Assembly (NCBI GenBank): GCA_902785645.1
Contig: CACZZG010000004.1
Span: forward strand, 819 to 64,818
Direction: 5' to 3'
DNA from: an uncultured Erysipelotrichaceae bacterium
Lineage (GTDB): Bacteria; Bacillota_I; Bacilli_A; RFN20; CAG-826
DNA: 64,000 bases
Shown here: in pieces, positions 48,578 to 56,364 of the stretch
Layout: each line of letters opens with the position of its first letter
How positions within the stretch are numbered: position 1 is the first letter of the stretch
Made by a program: the position numbers and the translations under genes
Notes under the pieces: model-generated
What the model saw: the letters and a program-made list of their open reading frames with translations, nothing else
Told to the model about the DNA's origin: nothing
Databases searched by the model: none

Positions 48578-49441
48578 TTATTTTTTTAACCAATATTCTA
48601 ATGCAGTAGGCAAATATTTAGCCCACGCTGCTTCATGATGAATCTCATTTGTGTCCACCATTAAGGCCACTTGTTCATTACAGAATCCTCTTTTAACCAA
48701 ATACTCATAAGTATTAATTGTTGGTTTTAAGAAGATCTTCTCAAAGTCTTTACCACCGACATATAAATATAGTTTTCCATTCTTTTCGGGATTAATATCG
48801 TATTCATCAAGGATATGAATCCAATCATTCTTCTTATAGAAGAAAAACGCTGGTGAAAATGATAAAGACATTTTAAAGACATCAGGACGATATATATAAG
48901 CATAGAACGCCATAATGCCACCCATAGATGATCCACCCACTGCTGTGTCTTCAGGGATTGTGTGGAATAATTTATCGATTAATGGTTTTAATTCATTTGC
49001 GATAAAGTCGACATATTTATGCGCGTAAGGCTTAAAAGTTCCACCTTCTCTTTTAAAGACTTCTTTTCTTGGGGGATAAGGAGGGCACAATTCTTTAGTT
49101 CTCTCTAAAGGGTCTTTGGGACAATCAATTCCGACAGCGATAATTTCTTGATATCCTTGCTTAGCAAGCTTATGAACGGTTTTATCAAGTTCCCATTCAC
49201 CATATGCGGATAAATATAGATCGACGAGGTTTTGTCCATCGGACATATAGATAACTGGATATCTCTTATTTGGATTATCAAAGTCATAACTCTCTGGTAA
49301 CCACACTCTCACCATTCTCTTGTTTTCTTTAGAAAATGGTAAGGTGATTAAATAATCAAAATAGTAACCATATTTCATCGTGGTTACTTCTTTTTGATAT
49401 CTTTTGAATACACCAATTTTATTGGGAATATTTTTATTCAT
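48578..49441 (-). CDS. Esterase (PF00756-like 'putative esterase' alpha/beta hydrolase)
   Basis: GGSSMGG nucleophile elbow and YLYVGGKD motif. Start trimmed to ATG 49441, which overlaps the upstream stop by 8 nt. Confidence 0.75.
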   Translation of the reverse strand: MNKNIPNKIGVFKRYQKEVTTMKYGYYFDYLITLPFSKENKRMVRVWLPESYDFDNPNKRYPVIYMSDGQNLVDLYLSAYGEWELDKTVHKLAKQGYQEIIAVGIDCPKDPLERTKELCPPYPPRKEVFKREGGTFKPYAHKYVDFIANELKPLIDKLFHTIPEDTAVGGSSMGGIMAFYAYIYRPDVFKMSLSFSPAFFFYKKNDWIHILDEYDINPEKNGKLYLYVGGKDFEKIFLKPTINTYEYLVKRGFCNEQVALMVDTNEIHHEAAWAKYLPTALEYWLKK

Positions 49442-50177
49442 ATAATCTCTTTGCCCATTGTTTGATGACTTTGACCGCTTCATATTCACCATCTTCATCA
49501 AGTGCAGAGCTACCATGGCAATGCCATTCCTTTAATAATTTGAATTCAACATCCGCATTTTTATTGTAGTTTTTAATCGCGCTCATTAAGAGCTTATTTT
49601 GTTCAACGCGGTTTGGTAAATCCTTTTCGTAGGCCATCAAAAGAAGATGGGATAACTTCGTCTTATCATTGACGTAATATAAAGGTGCACTATCATCGAT
49701 TCTTTGAAGCATGGGATCAAGACCTCTTTCATACTTTAATAAATTAAAGTGAGTTGTGGTTTGTCCAGCATCGCTAATCCAACCGATGATATCTTCATTA
49801 TGAATATCGACATATTGTAAATATTCTTCATTTAAACAAAGCATTAAAGTGATATATGCCCCTGCAGATTGTCCAGATATAATAAATCCTTTGGATTTAC
49901 CATATTTTGAAATATTATCAAAAACATATCTCACCGCTTTTGCCGCGTCGTATAAACACTCTGGAAATCTCTTCTCAGTGATTAAGGAATAGTTCGCCGT
50001 GGCCACCGCAAAACCTAGTTTCGCTAAATGTTCACAATAGTCGTGACTATCGCCTTTATCCCCTTCTACTAAACCACCACCGTGAAAATGGATAATAGTA
50101 AAGAATTCTTCTTGGTCAGGAAGAAACATATCGAGATAGAGATTTTTATAAAAGTTTTGATTAAATGCTTTTCTCAT
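49434..50177 (-). CDS. Alpha/beta hydrolase (HSL/Abhydrolase_3-like esterase)
   Basis: HFHGGGLVEG oxyanion motif and GQSAGAY nucleophile elbow. Confidence 0.75.
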   Translation of the reverse strand: MRKAFNQNFYKNLYLDMFLPDQEEFFTIIHFHGGGLVEGDKGDSHDYCEHLAKLGFAVATANYSLITEKRFPECLYDAAKAVRYVFDNISKYGKSKGFIISGQSAGAYITLMLCLNEEYLQYVDIHNEDIIGWISDAGQTTTHFNLLKYERGLDPMLQRIDDSAPLYYVNDKTKLSHLLLMAYEKDLPNRVEQNKLLMSAIKNYNKNADVEFKLLKEWHCHGSSALDEDGEYEAVKVIKQWAKRLYE

Positions 50178-50178
50178 C

Positions 50179-52059
50179 CTATAAAGATTTTAATTCAAAA
50201 GCATCTCTTGGTACATATAATTCAAATTTTGGATTCTTATAAACAGAGAACTTGTTGTCTATGACAAAGGATGCATAATTTTCAAATCCTTTCACTTCGA
50301 CATAGGCTAGTAATTTGCTACCCAAAACATCTTCGTCATATGCGGAGACTTTAATCTTATTGTGTGGATTATCCATTTCTGGATTCTCTAAACCTTGTTT
50401 GAACATCTTTTTATTATATAAAGGTAGTAATTTGTCTTGCTTAAAGATGAGTTCATATTCGCCACTTTCAATTTCAGGTTCTGCTGGATAAGTTAACTTT
50501 GCTCCCGCCACTTCAATGGTAAGTTTTGTTTCATCGCTTTTTACGATAGCTCTACCGCGGTTTGGATAAACGATTTCACGAGAATTGAGTTTGATGTGTT
50601 CTTGGTTATAGACATTAATTCTTTGATATGGGAGATATAATTCTACTTCTTTACCAAGTTTGACTTCTTTCTCGTTTGCCACTTTCATTGCAAAGTATCC
50701 ATTAATTCCTTTAAGGGAGAAATAAACCGCTTGATAGTCAGTCTTTTGTTCCACAAATTCTAACTTCGCTCTTAATTTGAGAGAATTTGGAATCTCTTCT
50801 TGACTAATATAATCTGGTTTAATACCTAAAATGACTTCGTTATTGAATGCTTCATCTAAAAGATGCGCTTCATATTCTTGATCTAACGCTAATTCTTGTG
50901 CGCCAACTTTTAAGCATCCTTTATTGATACAAACTGGGATTTCATCTTCATGAGGAATACCCATAATCGCTTTATGGCTTTCATGGTCGAATAAATAGAC
51001 ATGCATCATATCAAACGCCACTTTAATGTTTTCATTAGCTTTGATTCTAGAATTGAATGGCATTTTGATAATGAGTTGTTCTTTTCTATTTTCCATTTTA
51101 GTATACAAAATGGATTCATCACCTAAATGCTCGACGACATCGACAAAGACTGGTAAGTCACCTTCTTGTGGTTTGACATGCTCTGGTCTAATGCCTAATA
51201 AGACTTTTTGACCAATATATCTTTGATTTGCTAATTGTTTAGCTTTAATCTCTGGGAACTCCACGACTAAATTATTTAAATCATTGAGTTTGGCTTTTAA
51301 GGTTTTGCCATCCATAAATAGTTCTGCTTCAATGATGTTCATCTGTGGAGAACCTAAGAATGTCGCGACGAATAAATTGCTGGGGTCTTCAAACAATGTA
51401 ATTGGAGTATCGACTTGTTGAATAAATCCATCTTTCATTACGACAATACGATTGCCCATGGTCATCGCTTCAGTTTGGTCATGGGTAACATAGATAAATG
51501 TTGTTTCTAATTTTTCATGCAACTTAGTAATCTCACTACGCATTGCAACACGCAATTTAGCGTCTAAGTTAGATAAAGGTTCATCAAGCAAGAAGACTTT
51601 TGGTTCACGAACAATGGTTCGACCTAAAGCAACACGTTGTCTTTGACCACCAGAAAGCGCTTTTGGTTTACGAGTTAATAACTCGCTAATCTCTAAGATT
51701 TCCGCTGCGGCTTTGACACGGCGATCAATTTCCTCTTTGGGAGTGTGTCTAAGTTTAAGACCGAAGGCCATGTTGTCATAAACGGTCATATGTGGATATA
51801 AAGCATAGCTTTGGAAGACCATCGCGATATCTCTATTCTTTGGTTCGACTTCGTTCATGAGCTCACCATCAATATATAATTGACCAGCGGTAATTTCTTC
51901 TAATCCTGCGATCATTCTTAAAGTTGTGGATTTACCACATCCAGAAGGACCGACGAAAACGATGAATTCTTTGTCTTTGATATCTAAGTCGAAATCATTG
52001 ACCGCACGAACGCTTCCTTCATAAACTTTGTAAACGTGTTTTAATGTCACATCTGCCAT
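50179..52059 (-). CDS. MalK/MsmK-type sugar ABC transporter ATPase with two extra C-terminal regulatory-domain-like modules
   Basis: GPSGCGKST Walker A, LSGGQRQR signature, LLDEPLSNLD Walker B. One normal TOBE-like domain, then about 260 additional residues that repeat the same pattern. Confidence 0.88.
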   Translation of the reverse strand: MADVTLKHVYKVYEGSVRAVNDFDLDIKDKEFIVFVGPSGCGKSTTLRMIAGLEEITAGQLYIDGELMNEVEPKNRDIAMVFQSYALYPHMTVYDNMAFGLKLRHTPKEEIDRRVKAAAEILEISELLTRKPKALSGGQRQRVALGRTIVREPKVFLLDEPLSNLDAKLRVAMRSEITKLHEKLETTFIYVTHDQTEAMTMGNRIVVMKDGFIQQVDTPITLFEDPSNLFVATFLGSPQMNIIEAELFMDGKTLKAKLNDLNNLVVEFPEIKAKQLANQRYIGQKVLLGIRPEHVKPQEGDLPVFVDVVEHLGDESILYTKMENRKEQLIIKMPFNSRIKANENIKVAFDMMHVYLFDHESHKAIMGIPHEDEIPVCINKGCLKVGAQELALDQEYEAHLLDEAFNNEVILGIKPDYISQEEIPNSLKLRAKLEFVEQKTDYQAVYFSLKGINGYFAMKVANEKEVKLGKEVELYLPYQRINVYNQEHIKLNSREIVYPNRGRAIVKSDETKLTIEVAGAKLTYPAEPEIESGEYELIFKQDKLLPLYNKKMFKQGLENPEMDNPHNKIKVSAYDEDVLGSKLLAYVEVKGFENYASFVIDNKFSVYKNPKFELYVPRDAFELKSL

Positions 52060-52062
52060 AAA

Positions 52063-52938
52063 CTAGGCCTCCTCATTCTCCGATGGAGAATCTTGAATCT
52101 TTTCTTTATATAAACCCTTGCCAACATATTCAGGGTAATGAACTTGGTTAATATATTTATCAAACGCACTATGAGCGATTAAGGTATAAAGGACAACGAC
52201 TACACTATTTAAAATAGCAAATAAGAATAGTCCTACTCCTAATAAAATCATATTGAAACAGCATAAGGTGAATACCGCTCCAGTGGAGAAGAGAAATAAC
52301 ACTAATACTTTCCAATTTAAGACGGCTAAAAAGGAGAAAGAATTTTTAAATGTTTTTAAATAACTATTCGTGTAATAAACCGATTGAGTCATATTTAACG
52401 CAGTAACAATTCCTAATATTAGGAATACTAAGATTAATCCACCGATACCAATACCTTTAATGGAGGCATGGATAGGTGCATAGGAATATAAATACAAGCC
52501 ACCCACCACTAATCCAAATAATGAGATGCCAAACAACAATCCATCAATTAAACCGTGTAACCAGTTTTCTTTTATACCTTTGAAGAAGTCTGAGGCGAGC
52601 ATTATACCTTCTTGCCACGCCATCTTTTTCGCGACATAAAAAGCACCAGTTAATCCGATGAATCCTAAGACCATACATGGAATCATAATGAGCATCGAAT
52701 AGAAGATTAATGAAAATAAAGCATCGGTTTGTCCATTTTGACTAGCGACAGATTCTAAAAAATTGAAATAAAAGAGGTCCACCGCTAAAGGAATAAAGAA
52801 CATAAAGGTAAAAGAAGATAACGCAAATAATGTCATTTTGCGGTGTTTGATAAAATCAAAGAAGACTTCCTTTCTGTTTCTTGGAAGACTCTTTAATCCG
52901 TCAACTTCTTGTTCTACCCTTTCTTTCTTTTTTCTCAT
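52063..52938 (-). CDS. YesL-family (DUF624) membrane protein
   Basis: Polytopic, with the typical sugar-operon context. Start trimmed to ATG 52938 (TAATG overlap). Confidence 0.6.
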   Translation of the reverse strand: MRKKKERVEQEVDGLKSLPRNRKEVFFDFIKHRKMTLFALSSFTFMFFIPLAVDLFYFNFLESVASQNGQTDALFSLIFYSMLIMIPCMVLGFIGLTGAFYVAKKMAWQEGIMLASDFFKGIKENWLHGLIDGLLFGISLFGLVVGGLYLYSYAPIHASIKGIGIGGLILVFLILGIVTALNMTQSVYYTNSYLKTFKNSFSFLAVLNWKVLVLFLFSTGAVFTLCCFNMILLGVGLFLFAILNSVVVVLYTLIAHSAFDKYINQVHYPEYVGKGLYKEKIQDSPSENEEA

Positions 52939-53540
52939 TACATACCCCAATCTTTCACTATTTGTAAGGCATTATCATGCTCTTTAATTTCTTTTGGTGA
53001 GTATTTACCAGTATTGACACTTTTACCATTTAAGATCATGAAGCAATCTTCGTTTGGTAAGGAGAAATATTCATTTGTCTTTTCACGGTTAATCTTCACC
53101 CCGAATTTAACATCATCTTGGCTATAAAAACTACAACCAGAATAATATTCATTAATTAGTTCATCACTAAGTGATAAACCGAATGCGTTGACATTAACTA
53201 TATCTAGTTTTGATCTAGGCACAATTAATATGTCCGCGGTGTTATATCCAGCGATGGTCAACTTTTGTTGATACAGAACAACATCATCCGGATCAGATGA
53301 GATAATGGAGACTTCTTTAAGTTCGTTATCTTTATAAGCCTCAATTAAGTCATTCTTTAACTTTTTGCTATCTTCCATCTTTCCCGAGACAAATAAAGTA
53401 ATGACCTTATAATTTGGAAGTCGATGGGTAGCGCGAAACACAAACATCATCAATGGGATGACAATTATGACCGTTAAGATATAAAACGGCCACGTGTAGC
53501 GTAATACGGATTTGATGCGGGATTTCTTAAGCGAGTTCAT
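52938..53540 (-). CDS. Hypothetical membrane-anchored protein (single N-terminal TM)
   Basis: Basic N-terminus, one TM helix, soluble domain without a recognisable motif. Translationally coupled on both sides. Confidence 0.5.
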   Translation of the reverse strand: MNSLKKSRIKSVLRYTWPFYILTVIIVIPLMMFVFRATHRLPNYKVITLFVSGKMEDSKKLKNDLIEAYKDNELKEVSIISSDPDDVVLYQQKLTIAGYNTADILIVPRSKLDIVNVNAFGLSLSDELINEYYSGCSFYSQDDVKFGVKINREKTNEYFSLPNEDCFMILNGKSVNTGKYSPKEIKEHDNALQIVKDWGM

Positions 53541-54028
53541 TATTTGTGCCTCTTTGAAGCCATAATCACTCGTTGATAAGTTGTAACTGTTAGCTTATCT
53601 CCAGCATCATATGGAAGTTTGCTCTTTAAAGAATAGATAATCTTCTCTTGAGCATCTAAATTTGTAATGTAACGAACATGAACGCGATAAACGTAGAGTC
53701 CGTTAACATAAGTTAGTTCTTCATCTTGCGAGATGAATTCCACTTCTTCTGTGGGATGAAGACCTGATTCATATCCTTTGAAATAACGATATTGGTTATT
53801 GATATCGCTCCACACATTAGTGAAGAAATAGATTGCAAACCAGATAAAGATAACTGTTATAACAATGGATATTATCATGCACACCAAGTAGTCTTCTTTA
53901 GATAAGGCTACAAGGAGAGCGTCCGCTAAGAGAACGAATGTGAGGATGACAGCAAATAGCAAAGATGTTCTAAATAGTTTAGATTTTATCGTTTGATATT
54001 CATGCTCGACATCCACACTGTAATACAT
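53540..54028 (-). CDS. Hypothetical membrane protein (two TM helices plus a small C-terminal beta-rich domain)
   Basis: Hydrophobicity pattern only. TAATG overlap with the downstream gene. Confidence 0.5.
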   Translation of the reverse strand: MYYSVDVEHEYQTIKSKLFRTSLLFAVILTFVLLADALLVALSKEDYLVCMIISIVITVIFIWFAIYFFTNVWSDINNQYRYFKGYESGLHPTEEVEFISQDEELTYVNGLYVYRVHVRYITNLDAQEKIIYSLKSKLPYDAGDKLTVTTYQRVIMASKRHK

Positions 54029-54032
54029 AGTA

Positions 54033-55340
54033 TTATTGCATAGCTTCTAATCCTGCAACGATGGATTCTTTAATAATGCTTCCCCAAAGGATATATCCAT
54101 AATGGGATAGGTGTAATCCATCAGTTCTAAAATATGCAGCATTAGGTTCGCCGTTTTCTTTTAATAAAGCTAAACCAGGATTGATGAGGGTTAGCCAATC
54201 ACTATTAGCTTTTTGATATTCAATAACGGAATTATTTACTGCGGTAATAACGTTTTTATAACTTGAATAGTTTGGTAAATAGTTCATCAAAATGTATTGA
54301 ACTTGAGTATTAGGAAGAGACCTATGTGTTTCATCAAATAAAGAAACTAAACGATTAGCAATAACGGTAATATCTTCTTTAGAGTTAATAACGTTATTGA
54401 TACCGACATAGTACACGACCATCTTTGGCTTATATGGATAGACTAATCTTTGATTAAGATATTGGTTCCACTCTTCAACTGTGGTACCACCAATACCATG
54501 GTTATAACTCACGATTGGAGCTAAATCATCCTTGGAGTTTTCCCAGAATTCAATAGAAGAGGAACCAGCTAACATAACATGATAACTTTCTTCTTCAACA
54601 GCTTTGGATTCATAATTCTTAGCTTTTGTTTCGTAAGTGGAATTGCTAAGTGTATATCTTGTAGAATCATCCACTACTTGAATGAGTAAATTATCTTCGC
54701 CGTTACAAGTTACAGTTATAAGCTTTTCCTCTGGGTTATAACTTGCCGCCACATTTTTACTAGTTTTGGCTTTATATTCCATTAATGGAAGAATGTTTTC
54801 TTTGCTAGCTTCTAGTTTCATTAAACCAGCTGTTGTTAATTTCAAAGCATTATTCGCACCATAAGTAATTGGGAAATTCATAATTGAATTAATGACATAA
54901 CTTTCTGAAGCGCTTTCAGGTAAAACAGTTGATGGAGGAGTATAAGTTGGTTCGACAATATCTCCTGATTCAGCTAAACCCCATTTAGCGAATAATCTTG
55001 TATCTTCTGTGACTTTGTCACTTTCAAAGTTCCATTCAGTTTCACAGCTTTCTTGTAAATACCAGCCTTGGAATTCATAGTTTCTTCTAGTTGGATCAGT
55101 AGGCTTATTTACCAAACTGTTTTCATTGGCTTCCACTGATGTATATAAGATATTATTTCCTTTTCCGGAACGTCCACTACCCAAGACAAAGTCTTGTCTT
55201 AAATAGTTAGAGAAGAAATCAACATGATAAACTTTCGTTTCTTCCGCTTTAAGAAGAGAGCCACCAACCATAGGTAAAACAGCTAATGGAGATAAAGATA
55301 AACCGATTATGAGGAAAGGTTTAAAAATATTCTTATTCAT
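54033..55340 (-). CDS. Secreted SGNH/GDSL-type esterase with an N-terminal Listeria-Bacteroides repeat domain
   Basis: Signal peptide. YEFQGWYLQ...TRLFAKW repeat. SGNH blocks MLAGSSSIE, GINN and DGLHLS. Confidence 0.75.
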   Translation of the reverse strand: MNKNIFKPFLIIGLSLSPLAVLPMVGGSLLKAEETKVYHVDFFSNYLRQDFVLGSGRSGKGNNILYTSVEANENSLVNKPTDPTRRNYEFQGWYLQESCETEWNFESDKVTEDTRLFAKWGLAESGDIVEPTYTPPSTVLPESASESYVINSIMNFPITYGANNALKLTTAGLMKLEASKENILPLMEYKAKTSKNVAASYNPEEKLITVTCNGEDNLLIQVVDDSTRYTLSNSTYETKAKNYESKAVEEESYHVMLAGSSSIEFWENSKDDLAPIVSYNHGIGGTTVEEWNQYLNQRLVYPYKPKMVVYYVGINNVINSKEDITVIANRLVSLFDETHRSLPNTQVQYILMNYLPNYSSYKNVITAVNNSVIEYQKANSDWLTLINPGLALLKENGEPNAAYFRTDGLHLSHYGYILWGSIIKESIVAGLEAMQ

Positions 55341-56349
55341 GGCATTCCTCCTTTAAGTATTTAAGAAGTTCACTTTGCTTACATGTCGCTAAACAGATGA
55401 CTTTGTCACCTGCACCATAATAGATGTATAAATCATCTCCCATAGGAACGATCGCTGTGGGGAATACACAACCATTGTAATAGCCATTAGTTTCATATTC
55501 TTCTTCTGGTTCCATAAGGAAATCTTTAGTTCTAGCAATAATCTTTTTTGGATCATTGATATCTATTAGAATTGCGCCCACTCGATAGGCATCATCTTTA
55601 GATGAAACACCGTGGTATAAGACTAACCATCCGTCTTTTGTTCGAATCGGAGGGGTACTAATACCAATCTTTTTATCTTCCCAATCTGTTTTACCATCCA
55701 TGAGAAGTGAATAGTTATCCCAGCATAATAAATCGTCGCTAGAAGAAATCCATACTGCTGGGTTTTTATTTGGATAACCACTACCGCATCTTTCCATACC
55801 TCTTGAGAGCATGTAGAACTTACCATTAATCTTCTCTGGGAAAATCACGACATCGCGGTCATCAAAATGAGCATCGGTAATTGGCCCTAGCTTCTTCCAA
55901 TGTCTTAAGTCTTTGGATATTGCTAAATGAGTTAAGGTGTTATTCCACACCAAAACTTTTGGACCATATTCTGGTTTAAAACCAAAATATTCTTTATCTT
56001 CTCTCCAATATTGTCCTGGAGGGAATGGACGAGAAGCATATGTGAGATAGAAATAATCGCCCATCTTCACAAGTCTTGGATCTTCGCATCCGCCAGAGTC
56101 TAATCCATTGGGATCACCACTGATTAATGGCTTATCGCTTTCTCTAACAAAGTTAATACCATCATCACTAGTGGCTAAACCTAAATGAATTAAATGGGTT
56201 TTATCGTTTCCTGCTGCACGATAAATCATGTAGAATTTCTTTTCTTCTTCTACATACATCGCTGCAGGATTTAAAACACACAATTCTTCCCATTGGTTAG
56301 AAGGATTTGGTTTTAAAATTGGGTTTTGTTTGCACTTATTTAATATCAT
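55333..56349 (-). CDS. GH130-family glycoside phosphorylase/hydrolase (beta-mannoside-acting family), cytoplasmic
   Basis: NPILKP...NPAA, YMIYRAAG, EDPRL, YLTY, YHG and YYGAGD blocks. Start trimmed to ATG 56349 (AAGGAGG SD 7 nt upstream); the track start is TTG. Confidence 0.8.
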   Translation of the reverse strand: MILNKCKQNPILKPNPSNQWEELCVLNPAAMYVEEEKKFYMIYRAAGNDKTHLIHLGLATSDDGINFVRESDKPLISGDPNGLDSGGCEDPRLVKMGDYFYLTYASRPFPPGQYWREDKEYFGFKPEYGPKVLVWNNTLTHLAISKDLRHWKKLGPITDAHFDDRDVVIFPEKINGKFYMLSRGMERCGSGYPNKNPAVWISSSDDLLCWDNYSLLMDGKTDWEDKKIGISTPPIRTKDGWLVLYHGVSSKDDAYRVGAILIDINDPKKIIARTKDFLMEPEEEYETNGYYNGCVFPTAIVPMGDDLYIYYGAGDKVICLATCKQSELLKYLKEECHE

Positions 56350-56364
56350 TTCCAATCCTCCTTT

